Below, piece by piece: positions 51,721 through 64,000 of a stretch of 64,000 bases of DNA. The notes beneath the pieces were generated by a model. The model did no database searches. It worked only from the letters and a program-made list of their open reading frames with translations, and had not been told where the DNA came from. The position numbers and the translations under genes are program-made. Numbering within the stretch: position 1 is the first letter of the stretch; each line of letters begins with the position of its first letter. This DNA comes from Camelus dromedarius (lineage: Eukaryota): contig NC_087437.1 in assembly GCF_036321535.1 (NCBI RefSeq), forward strand, positions 94,614,001-94,678,000, in the 5' to 3' direction.

Positions 51721-54700
51721 GTAAAATATTAATTCATCATATTATTACTCATACAAAATTTGCCTTTCAAACTTTTCTAAAATGTTACCAGTACATAAAA
51801 TATTTCAAGTGCACTTATTTCTGCTTCACAAAAATATTAATATTATACTTTTGATTACCTTAAACCAATGTCCCTTAAATGTATCTAATCCAGTCTTCCT
51901 ATTTTATGAAGAAAAAAATGCCTTTCATTATACTTAGATGAAATTCATAGTTAATATAACCAAAATGCATACAGTATTAAAAAGTCTAATTTACTGCCAA
52001 AATTATAATACGAAAAATAAATAAAGGGGAATTATATATAATAATACATGCACCTCCTTCAATCTATAAATTCTCAAGAAAAATACATTAGAAGACTTAA
52101 CCCCAAGACTTGTGAAGCCAATGCCATATATGTGACAGCTTTAAACACTGATAGATAATAGTATTTTGTACTGATGATTTAAATGCAAAAATCTTTGCGG
52201 TCCTTGGCATTTTGATTATCTAAAATGGTTTCTAGCTCAGGATAAAGTTCAAACGTGGGAAGTTGCAAACTCCTCCCCATTTACATAGTATTGCAATTTA
52301 GTTATGTTTAAGCAATGCAAACTTTTTTGTCCTGGTACGTGAACTGAAGTTACATTGTAGGTAACACTGTTAACGACTGTCTCTTTTCCTGTGTCGATTG
52401 CTGGTGGGGTGTTCTGAAGCCATACTTGACATGTTACAGGGCATGTATCTTCCTTGATTTCCTTCCACTAAATTCTTATAGTGTCTCCCTGTCATTTAAC
52501 AACCAAAAAGTGCTCCCCAGAATTTTCAAGTACCTCTCTCTGTGAGGTACTGTTGCCCCTGTTGGGAGCAGCCACAGCTCTCTGCTGCTGGAATATGAAT
52601 GCACTTCATGGAACAGGGCTTTGGGTGCAGAAAAAACAGGGCCCACCACAAAAATATATTCCGTAAGTCCAAAAATAGGTTGACTATATTGACCTCCTAG
52701 CAATCTTACAATAAAACAAAAGGAAAACATGATTAGTTACATTATTCTCTAAGTCTATGAATATTAAATAAAAAACCAGATTGGCAGGAAAAGCCTGAGA
52801 TTTCCATCAGAAATCTTCATAAAAAGATATTCTGCAATACATGGGACTGTGTTTTCTATGTATCTCCACGGTATCTACAGTGATACATTATATATGAATT
52901 TTCTTATATCTCTACTCAGGGCAGGTTGATAGTATTCTACCAAAGTGCAACTTAGGGAAAGAAAATCTCTGAGAAGACTCACTCAAGAATGGTATGTGAA
53001 TAACTTAATAGTTTGAGTTGATCCAAGGATGTCATCTAGAATATAAAGATAAGGTTGGACTGCATGTCTTCAGGCAATTCTCTATTCATGTTATTTTATT
53101 TATTTATATTTTTGTATCTGGCCAAAATCAAAAATAAGATTCAGGCAGCAGAGAGAATGTATTCTCTTATAAGGACCAGGACTGCCATCATTCTGTGCTG
53201 TTGTTGATTAAAAGTGTAATAATGGATAATTGAAAACTGTTGAACTGAACTAGTTACATTTTTTTTTTCCTCTTGGAAAAATTGATCTTCTTATTTTCCT
53301 GGAAGTCAGCCTCTGAAACCACTGTGATCAGCATAGCTTACTTGGTGAAATCAAACTCTGCTATGCCTGTAGCAGATAAAATTTATAGAACTACTGCTAT
53401 GTTAAATACAAAATCATTTTATGTTGTGGTTATAAGTTCAATCAATTTTGAAGTAATCTCTGGAGCACAGATTCATTCCTTCAGAGTGTCTTACCTATTA
53501 CTACTTCTAAATCATTTTAGTTTTCTTTTAACCTTCCTTTATACTAGCAATCTGCAGACTCTAGGAAATGAAATTCATTTTTTTTTCTTTTTTGACATAC
53601 TATACATGTAGGTGCACCAGAGTCATATCATTATATCTAGGACGACCAATTGCTTTTTTCTGAGAATAGTAATTTAAGATGTGCCTATTTGAGGGACTAA
53701 GGAAAGTAAGGATGAATTTTTTACATGCTCATATTATGTTTTCTTCCTGTGAAATTGTGTAAAACTGATCTACTCCAGCTCCATAGCTTACCCCATAGAA
53801 CAGAATCACTAAAAGGTATTGCAAAAACAATATAGCTTTTTTTTTTTTTAACTTGTTGACCAAAATTGAAAGAAATGCTAATTAGGGCCACCGTAGAGGG
53901 ACACATAGATAGTTGAAATCATACATATGTAAATAAACACACACAAAATATCGGAGAGAACAAAATGTGTCTTAGTGTTTCAGTACCCAAGAAACTACAA
54001 CTCACTGATTCATTATTTAGTGTTGTTTGTAGTTAAAATTGTCAAGGCTCATTGAATGCCATTTTATGTTAAGTATTTTGTTAACAATTGCCTTTTTTAA
54101 AAAATGGTTGTGGTTGTCTGTTACCAATAAATGTAATATGCTCTAGCAGGTTCTACATTCTTGTGAAATTCAATCTCAGCATCTCTTATTGAAAGACTCT
54201 AACAACCATAATTAAAGAAACTTACATGTAGCATATATGTTTTATGGTTGACAACAAAAATATAAGCATGACTTTAGTTAATAAATGTAATATGAATCTT
54301 TCTCTGTGTAAAACTCTAATTTAATATGAATGTTTCCTATTTAAGATTTTAAAGTATAAATTGGATTACTCGTCTGTTCAAAACATTTGCCAGGATGCCT
54401 GTGACGATAGAATGGAGATCTAATTCCCTGTGATGGCATTCGAAGTCTTTTACATCAGGACATTATTTCCACTGACCATTTTCTTCAACATTCTAAAGGC
54501 TCTTTATTTCTCTTCTGTACCCCCAACCACAGAGGATCAGTTCATGATCCCCAAACGATGTCTGCATTCTCTCATTTCCATGCTTTTGCTCAATTCAGTC
54601 TAATTTAACAACAGTCAAAAATTTGAACTCCTGTTTTGTATTAGATTATAAAAGAAGAAAATCCTGGCCACCCGGTAGCTGAGGTCCAGAGGAGAAATTA

Positions 54701-54939
54701 ATAAGCAGACCAGTGCAGTTGTCATTAGAGCTAAGAGGTGTGTTTGCGGTAACATACAAACAAGAAGAATTTATCTGAGGACGAGGACTACTCACAGATG
54801 ACAGCTACATAAGACTAATGTATCAGCAAATGTAATCTTACTTTAGTGAGAGCTTCCTAGCATTTGCAGTTTTATTCAAACTTGTTTTGAAAAATGAGTA
54901 AAAATCAAGGACATAGATAATGAACAAAAGGTTATACCA

Positions 54940-55205
54940 AACAGAGGAGGAAGCCTATGCCAGATCACAATGTCTCTGGGAAACCACAAGTCGTTTGATA
55001 GAACTGGGGTAAGTGAGGCAGGGGAGGAAGACCAGGCAGCAGGAGATGGGGCTGGAGAGATGTCCTGAGGCAAGCTGATGGTCAATTTTTCCATTCTATA
55101 CTAAAGGGTTTTCGTTATACTCTGAACCAGTAGGGAGCATGACTTGATGATCCTTGAAGGATCACTTTCATAGCAATGTGAAGAATGGCTTGGATGGGGT
55201 TCAGA
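54940..55205 (-). mobile_element. L2 fragment
   Basis: 'ggagatggggctggagag...gaaggatcactttcatagcaatgtgaagaatggcttgga'. Confidence 0.6.
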
Positions 55206-55313
55206 ATTAAGACCTGGATGTTACAGATGCAGAGACTTGGACAGATTTTCTTCCATTCACTCTTCCATGCTTGGAATGCCCACTTGTCTTTCAGTTCAGT
55301 GTGTTGGAGTCCT
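55206..55313 (+). repeat. ~105-bp diverged dispersed direct repeat, copy 1 (copy 2 at 56240-56344)
   Basis: Manual alignment gives ~80% identity, with shared blocks 'ttggacagattt' and 'ttccattcactcttccat'. Confidence 0.85.
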
Positions 55314-56239
55314 AGGTATCTTTCCAGATCTGGCTGAAATGTTACCTCTTGGTGAAATCTTCCCAGATGTTTCATCAAAATATTGTCTCTCTCTTCCTCT
55401 CTTCTTCTCTCACTTTCTCTCTAATCTTCATTCTCCCTCTTGCATTAGAATTGACATATTTAAACTGTCTTTTCGACTTAAAGTGAGCATAAAAAGGGAG
55501 CAGCCACCCAATAAATATTTACAGAACTGGAATTTTTTGTTGTTTTTTTGAAGACATAGACTTACAGTAAAATCTGAAAATGATGTACTGATATCAAAGA
55601 GGAGAGATTTTGGAAACTATGTTGTGAAATTAATTCTAACTCTTGCTTCTGTTGGAACTATTGAATTTGTTTCTGTTGTCGCATCATTAACTCTCTGGTG
55701 TGCACCAGCTGGAAAAATAATTTTCTTATGTCAAATAATTGTTGATATTAGAAAACAAAGACAAAAAAACAAGTGTCCTTTCAATTTACTTCGTTGTAAT
55801 TATGAAGAATATAGGCATGCCTGAAAGTAGATTTAGATAATAATGATTCCTAGTAAATTAATTTCTGTTAAGTATTTAAATTACTTTTTCCTGAGATGAA
55901 GGGGAAATGTGAATTTTATACCAAAAATAGATTCTCCACAAAAGGCTACCTTACTCTGAAGCACTTTTCTCTAAAATTGAGGAGAAAAAAGGAGTATCTA
56001 GGGCTTTACTGACAATTGTAACTTTCTACAGTCCTAAATTTTCCTGTCTTCACTTTGCAGAACAGAATCATGATTTTATATTTTTTCGTATTTTTTCTAA
56101 GCTGTATTAGTTCTAAACGTGGAAGTGATTAATATTTATGAAATATTATTTCATCTGTTTAACCCAAACAACATTCTTAATTTATTTTTCTCAAAAATAT
56201 TTAAAAGCACAACTACATTGTTCCTTCACTCATCTAGAC

Positions 56240-56344
56240 ATTAAGACCCTGATGGTGCAGATGTAGAATATTGGACAGATTTTTCCATTCACTCTTCCAT
56301 ATCTGGAATACCCTGTGTCTTTCAGTCCAATCTGTTGGTGGCCT
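56240..56344 (+). repeat. ~105-bp diverged dispersed direct repeat, copy 2
   Basis: Aligns colinearly to 55206-55313. Confidence 0.85.
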
Positions 56345-57278
56345 CACCATCCCAGTAACCCTCCTGGGTTCCAATCTCCCTGAGACTTTAGTGACTTAAT
56401 GAGGCAAATGAACTGATGCTTAAAGTTAATGAGCTCATAACCATTTTGAATATTAGCAAAGAGCTGGCAGGCATCATTGGAATTTGCCCAATAAATGAAT
56501 TACTTTCAGCTACTGATTATTTACCCAGGTAGCAAATGCAGGAGCCAGATTCTTACGGGGAAAAAAAAAAAAAGGTAAAAATGATCTAATTGGTTGAAAA
56601 TGTTTTTATGTAGCGAAATATTTTACTTTAAGTGAAAATGAAAGATGCTGATCAACATGGTGTGATAATTCGGGAAGGGAGAACAATTTGCTATCACTCC
56701 TTCCAATAAAATGGGAGATGAACTACTGAGTTTCCTTCACTTGTTTCTATCTGGGTACTTAAGAATTCACGTCAAGCAGTTTGACATCTATACTTTAATA
56801 CCAGTGGTCATATGTCAGAACATTTATTCTACATAGATAAGAATATTTTAAAATATTCCACAGTGTTAGTGTTAATACAAATTGGAGTAGATATTTTGGT
56901 TTGCAATCTCAAGAGCCTTAAAAAATCAAGACTCTTAAAATTGGTTATGTCTTTGACTCATAAATTATCCTTCCAAGAATAAAAAGGAAGTAATAAAAAG
57001 GCAGACACTTATATTATGACACATTGATGGAATATTAGAAATTATACTTAAAAGACATGTATAAATAGTTTATACAATATTAAATGAAATAAACTGTGAG
57101 GACTAGATAGATAGAAAATAGATATTCCAATTATGTGTCTGCATTATATTAGCATTTATTTTATGTCTAAGACTGGAAGAAAAACACCATAAGGTTAACA
57201 TAATTATGTTTATGAGACTCTGTTTTTTGGTTTTTTCTACTTCTCATATCATCTAAATTTTCCATAAAAAGCATATGC

Positions 57279-57780
57279 TTTTTTATTGAAGTAAAACATA
57301 TACATATGAAAGTATACAAATCCCTAGTGTACAACTCAATGACTTTTTGCACAATAAACACACCTTTTGTGTGTTCAGTAAATAAATAAAACATTATCAG
57401 CTCCCCAGAAGTTCCTCTCATGCCCCACCCTCTTTACTAACTCCCCCAAACATAATCACTATCCTAATACCTAACACAATAGATTAGCTTTGCTGTAGAA
57501 ATGGAATCATACAGTATATGTTCTTCCATTTTTGGCTTATTCACTCAACATTGTGTGTAAGAGGGTTGTCAATGTTGTGTGTAGTGTCTCATTGTATGGA
57601 TGTATCACAAGTTATACATCATACTGTTGATAATCATTTGTGTACTTTTCAGTCTGGGGCTATTACCAATGTAGCTTCTACAAACACTCTTGCATATATA
57701 TTTTGGATAACATACGTATAAATTCTTACAGGGAGCATATTTGTTGGGTCAGAGAATATGTCTCCGCTCAGCTTTGATAA
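57279..57780 (-). mobile_element. Old L1 3' end (L1MD/L1ME-like)
   Basis: 'tttattgaagtaaaacatatacata...agtgtacaactcaatga...aatggaatcatacagtat'. Confidence 0.8.
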
Positions 57781-57821
57781 AGCTTGTTCTGCTTTTTTGT
57801 CAGCAAAAGTGAACAGAAAGT

Positions 57822-57902
57822 AGGGAAGGGAGGGGATGGAAAGGAAAGAGAAGGAAGGGACGAGAGAAGGAAGGAGGGAAGAAGAGAAGGAAGAAGGAAG
57901 GA
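57822..57902. repeat. GA-rich (GGAA-like) low-complexity tract
   Basis: Almost purely purines. Confidence 0.85.
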
Positions 57903-60900
57903 CCAGAATCTGCTACATCTGCAGACAAGCTTGACATCCATCCTATTTTGGACAGCAATAACTGCTCATTGACCCCTGGTTGATCACTCCATCTCAGTCT
58001 CTTTCATTTGGTCCTGCTCTCCTGGTAAAGTTAAATAAAGTCAATGACCCTTTATTTGTATCATCTATAAGGTAGATCACCTTTTCTTTGATTCTCTATC
58101 TGATCAGTCTGATCTCACCATGGTTTCTATGAGCAGTGACTAATGTATAGGGACAGTTTCTGCCAATATTATGATTTAGAGATTAAAGATGACATGTAGA
58201 TTAACCATTATAATGCATCTTTTAAATGCACAATATTAAAATCTTTACATTAAGACACATCAGGGATTCAGAATAAGACAACGCAGAGATTTACCTGATC
58301 AGGAAAACAGGGTGCAAACAAAAGAGGTAAAACCGCTATGTATAACTTGAGAGAAAAGAATAAACTCTCTAAAAATCACATTAAGGAGATGGGGTAAAGT
58401 TTTAATATTTAAAGCTAGTTTTTATAACCCTCAATGCTATAAGCATCTTTTATAACTCCCCTTACTTTTCACAATGCTTCTTTTGAAACCAGGAAACTCA
58501 GCCTGAAGGTTTTGGAATGAACAAAATTATGAACATGATCTTCATTTTTGTTGGCCCGGATAGCTACTTTGACACTTCAAACACTCTTTTAAAATATCTC
58601 ACACTGTATCAAAAATAACTTTCCTTCACCACAAAGAAATCTGAGAGCTCTGTCAGTCAGCAAGCCCACATGTAAGTGAGAAAGAAATGTGCTGCTGAGT
58701 TTACATGACAACCTACAGATCCAAGCAAAATAAATAAGTAACATTGAGTCGACTGAACCTTCTATTTCTTTGGGAATAAACATTGAATGTAAATACTTTG
58801 AAATGGAAGACTGAAGACACTGCAACTATCTATGCTGAAAGAACATGAATAATAAGTCTCTGGTAAAGGAGAATTATAATTTTTAATAGAGAATTTTAAT
58901 GTTCACCAAAAAGTACAAATCAAACAGTACAGGTTCCTAGACTAAAAATAAAAGGTTTTGTCCATTGTGGAAATCCAAACATCACTGTGGAAAATAATTT
59001 AGGCTTGTAAATGCAAACTAATCATAGTAATTTGTTCAGTTTCACTTCATATTTTAAAAATGGCATCTTATGCATTAGCACACATCATTAAGATTTAGTT
59101 CAGATGAAACCACCATCTATAGGGGAGGAATCAATCAAAGTAGACTTTTTATACTGAGGAGTTTTTATCCTTTTTTCCCAAGGGTCCAATATGTTTTCGT
59201 GAAATACTAAACTATTAACTTTAACATGAAGCATTATCTCCACGGTGGTGTGAATTCACCATCAATGATTCTGATTCACACAATAGTTTCTTCCTTTCTT
59301 TAGGCTTCAAACTTGAGGATCAATCAGCTTGTTAAAGGGAGTATCTTAAGGAGGAATCTTCTCCCTTCAGAGAAATAAGCTCAGAAAAGTCAAAGTTATT
59401 TCAGGGAGGGTTCAGTTATCTTACATTCACTCTACTCCTGGCCTACTTAGGAGCTATCAAAGGAAGGGCAACCCTCTGATACAAGTTTGACAGGAAGTTT
59501 GCTCCATTTAAGGGGCCATCCACAGTGTTAGAAAGCCAGAATTTCATAAAGAATTTCCTAAGATGCTCTCAACTGAATTCTTTTATTCAATTTGATCAGT
59601 CCTTTACAGAGCTCAAATTTTGATTGTTCTCTCTAGAAACTCAGTAGCATTGTTGGTTACTATAATTCTGTGCATTTATGGTCATTCCTACATGAATTCA
59701 ACCTCAAATGCTATAAAAATTTGTTACCTAGCTACAGAGAAGAATAAACTTGAAGAAGAATGTGCCTGCCACTCTAATAGCCTCAAAGTTAATAGGAGGC
59801 ATTCCAGATTTTTGGAGGAAAAATTTATATGTATGATTCGAAACATTTTTTAAAAACAACTAACATTTTACTATAATTTTATTTTGTGTAACTTTTACTT
59901 ATAGACTATATTAATACTTAGGAAGTAACTTTAGACTTAGTATCAGAGATAGCACTTCCCAGTATTTCAAAGCTGGTATAATAAAATATAGCCTTCATAA
60001 ATATACTTGTGTTGGTAATATTTAGTCAACCAGGATGCCATTAATGAACCCTGGGTAAAAACAAAAAAAAATTAGCATTAATTTAAAAAAACATGGTTCA
60101 GTAAGCAGTGTGACAGTAATCAGAACTTTGGGAGGCACATGTACTTTGAGGGGCAGATGTTGAGACAAATATGGTCTCCCCCTTTCTCTCTGTTTCTCCT
60201 ACTCAGGCTACGAATGGAGCTAGTAAAGGTCACTAGGAAGCACCAGATAATTCTCTGCAATGGAATTAAGTAGTTTAAAATAGTTATTATGATTTTCCCA
60301 TGTCAACTATTTTATTTCCTAACATATTTTTTAAGTGCATCGAGATTAGGACTGTGCACTAAGAATGTGAAGTATTATTTTTCAGAGTAGAAACCTATCA
60401 ATTTAACAAGATGGTTTAATCTCCATTTAGAGTGAAATCCCCACGAAGAATTCAATGCTCTCAAGTTTATTTCCTATCCTTTGGACCAAACCATCTCAAC
60501 CCATTTCACACAGAACACATAAAAATATTTACAGAGAAATCAGGAGTAAACTGGAGAGAATTTGGTGCGTCTATATGCAGTTTGGATTAAAAAAGACATA
60601 TTTTATTGATATTATTAAGATAAACTCTAAAGCAGAAATTTTAATATTGAAACAGTATAAACTTTACAAATAAAATATTTGTGAAAAAATGAGCTTTCTT
60701 TTATAAACATAATATTTTAGTAAGAGCTATACATTCTTGATTTAACAACAAGAAGGTCTAGATATAGAGCTTTTGATAATGATCTTCCAAAATCATCATA
60801 GTCACTGTGGGCAGACTTTGAACAAATTGTAAATGGTAGCAAATGGCAGGGGAATGTTTATCACTTTCTTTTCCATTTAGCAAACACTCTAACTTTTAAC

Positions 60901-61848
60901 ATGATTTCAGTTAAATTGATCTCCTTATATAGTACTTAGAATGTGATTACTTTTTAAGCCTAAGAACTCTTCCATTTCCTTCTTGATAAATGGAGCACTG
61001 AAATTGAAAGTTAAAATTGAAATTGAAATTTCTGGTGATAATGTTAAAGGATTTTGAATTCAATCAATTTTTACATCAAATATTGCCAAATAAAGAAGAA
61101 TCTCCCACTCTCAATATTTTTTAAGAATTGGTAGGTTTATTTAATATTTATAGCTGATGAGGGATTTTACCATATTGTTCCAAAACTGAATTTTCACTTT
61201 GACTCCACAAATGTTAACGTAGTTTCACATGGGAGCTGCAAATGTTTAATTAATTTTATTGTGATACTGAAAAATATCAAATAATTCTTTTTTTATAAAG
61301 TTGAAAACTATCCTTCAAAATTTTTTTCAATTTTTTGCTCATAAACATCTGACAAATCTCTTCCTTTGAAAATCAGTGTGTATTTTATGGTCTCATTTCT
61401 TTATATCAAATTCAAAACAAGTAAGTAGAGTGGCCTGGGTTACATTAGATTAACAATTGTGGTGCTGTCATTTCATACAGAATTCAGGTGGACAAACTTT
61501 ATGTGCAAAAGTTTCTCTAAGAATAAAACAGGGTGTTTATTTGAATATCATTTTATTTCTGTCAATATCTAATTTATTCCATTTCCATAATATTTCATTA
61601 TATTTCAAAATGTTCCTTTACCACTTCAAATATTTTATCACTGATGTTTTTATTTTGCTACTTATTTAAAGAGCAAATCATGTATGCTAAATTTAAATTC
61701 TAAGACTATTCAAGCACAGATCTTAATGATTATATATAGATGCATCAATGTATAGTGAAAATTTTCTTTTCCAATTCAGTAATTAAATTATCATCTTACA
61801 TACTGTCATTTTATCTACTAAGGGTGTTATCCAGAAGTGATACCTTTT

Positions 61849-61926
61849 GGGAGAAGGGATAGCTCAGTGGTAGAGTGTGCACTTAGCATGCAAGAGGTCC
61901 TGGGTTCAACCCCCATCCTCCCACCA
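61849..61926 (+). mobile_element. Tailless tRNA-Ala(AGC)-like SINE head or tRNA pseudogene
   Basis: gggagaagggatagctcagtggtagagtgtgcacttagcatgcaagaggtcctgggttcaacccccatcctcccacca. A/B boxes are present and the anticodon loop reads ttAGCat. The acceptor stem is mismatched and there is no A tail. Confidence 0.8.
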
Positions 61927-63224
61927 TACAGTCCACACTTGAGCTACTCAACATCCATTTACATTCTTCTACCAAAACTTCTAAATTGCAACTCTAACAA
62001 CTTGGACTAGTCTAAAATAAGATAATATACCGCGTATATGTGTTTTCAGTTTCTTCCCACAAATGGAGACTCCAGATCCCATCAGTAACTGAGTAAGTCT
62101 TTAGGATTGTATTCCAGCCTTTTTGGTTCACTTGCAGTCCCAATTTTTCATCTTGTAAAATCTTTTAAAATGTAGAGAACAAGGAAAGGAGGCAAAATGG
62201 AAACTGGTTAATACATACAAACATGCACAAGGCAATGAAGTGAAAAGGATGTGGAAATCTACTACATCCCCTTATTTCTACAACTGGTCACAAAATTGGA
62301 ATGGGTTTGCGCCACCCTTGGACTCTGTCTGTGTCCCTGTGCCCTCAGCCAGCACTTCAGCTGTTCGGGGTTTTCTACATAGTAAAGTGACCCAAATCTT
62401 GATTTCTCAGGGATCTAATCAATTGGGGGAAATGTAATTTTTCTGTAAAACAAAATCTAAGTTAAAAATCCTTAGGCATTTAGAACTTCAAAGATTCTGT
62501 TTGTTTGCTTGCTTGTTGGTATAGCTTGTCTGCATTCTTACAAATGTTTAAATTATATCAAGAATTTGAAAAATTAAGCCTGAATTAAACAGAATAAAAT
62601 TGTTATTCATTTTTGTTTTATTTAATTAATTTTCTGAAAATGTACAGATCTAAAATATTATATATAATTGAATGATCAAGATAGTTTGAAATCAATTTTC
62701 TTAAACTTCATGATCTCTAATACCTTCATGATTTGATTAACTAAATTATATTTATTTTTGTTTTGTAATATTATAGAACACTTTCAATCCCTAAAAATTA
62801 TAATAATCGATTTTAAAATTGCATCACAAACCAAAATTAGCTAATTGTGAACGTCAAACACCAGTAAGGAAGTAACACAAAAAGGAAAAAAGAAAAGTGG
62901 GAAAGACAAAAAACAGTATAAAAATTCAGAAAGTTTATAAAAGCAATTACAGGAGCACTTGGCATATAACAGTAGTAAAATGATCGTCCATATCTTGTAT
63001 TTAAGAAGAAAAATGAAATAAGAGTAAATTAAATCAAAATAGAATGCTATATAATTTACTAATTGCTTGAAAAACAGAACTTTCAACTAAAAATATAATG
63101 AAGCTAACAGACTTAATTCAATAAGAATTAGTGCTATATGGAGTGGCCAGTTCAGATAAGTATTTGACCCCTAAAGTGATTTTTAACACCTTTGCTATGG
63201 TATGGTTCCTGTACAGAAAACTAC

Positions 63225-63410
63225 GCATATTTCAAATGTACAATTTGATGAATTTTGATAGATGTATACACCAATGAAACCACTACCACAATCAAGATAG
63301 CTAGCATTTCCAGACAGAGAGAACAAATTTAACGGGGTAAAGGCAGTGGGAAGGGATAAATTGGGAATTTGAAAATTGCACCTCCTGGGGAGTGATGGAA
63401 ATGTTAGCAA
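63225..63410. mobile_element. Patchwork of short L1 3' UTR fragments in opposite orientations
   Basis: Minus-strand old L1 end at 63225-63310 ('aatgtacaatttgatgaattttga...gaaaccactaccacaatcaagata') joined to a plus-strand 'gggaagggataaattgggaatttgaaa'. Confidence 0.6.
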
Positions 63411-64000
63411 AATGATTAGTTTTAGATTGCTACTATAACAATATTAGGATGTTGCCCCCCAAATTTTCTACTCCAAACTCACGTAGTTTATGAATTTCCT
63501 GCCAGTAGGCTGTTTTGTCACTTGCTGCCAGGAGCCTCCTTGCTTAGCTCAATGCTGTTAACCCTGGTTCCTTTACCCCTTCAAGCTGCTGAACTGACTT
63601 CTGTCAATAACCATAAATTGGAATAGACTTTGCAGCTTTCAGGGTACTCCTTCATGGGTCAAGTTCTCTGACCCAAAGCCTGAGGGCTATGATGGGCTTA
63701 GACTTTGAGCAGGACTAGCTTATATCCTGGCTCAGGAAGCGATATCATAGGCATAAGCATAATCTTTGTGGCCACAGCTTGATTGTGACACGTGTTAGGA
63801 TGAACCAGAATCTCCAATTGTAGCCTAGGTGTTCGCTTACAGGTGTGTATCCATGGCCCTCCAAAGCTAACATTAGTATTTCCACAGAATCCTATTTGGT
63901 AATTTGACAAGTACATATTCCTGTTCTCATTTTTCATGTCAGGTAATTGAGGTATAATTTATATATGCTAAAGGTCACCCTTTACAGTTGTATATTTCTA

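Overview
This is AT-rich, CpG-depleted mammalian nuclear DNA, not a prokaryotic accessory region. Three tRNA-Ala(AGC)-headed SINEs of the camelid Vic-1 type and artiodactyl-type L1 3' ends point to a camelid (alpaca, llama or camel). I found no recognisable protein-coding exon, RNA gene, CRISPR array or operon. The supplied ORFs are chance frames, simple-repeat frames or L1 relics, so the window looks like intergenic DNA or the interior of a large intron. It is full of transposon fossils (L1, L2, MIR, L3/CR1, MaLR LTRs, hAT-Charlie elements) and microsatellites. Repeat families were recognised from memory of consensus sequences, so subfamily names are tentative and most boundaries are approximate (tens of bp). 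I cannot support a new biological system here. The best observations are: (i) two short dispersed direct duplications about 1-1.2 kb apart (a perfect 57 bp copy and a ~105 bp copy at ~80% identity); (ii) a SINE whose target-site duplications enclose ~50 nt of extra 3' sequence, a probable 3' transduction; (iii) an E-box-rich perfect 3x14 bp tandem repeat inside an old LTR; (iv) an isolated CTCF-like motif; (v) a CpG-rich MER58A; (vi) two exon-like segments with good splice signals.
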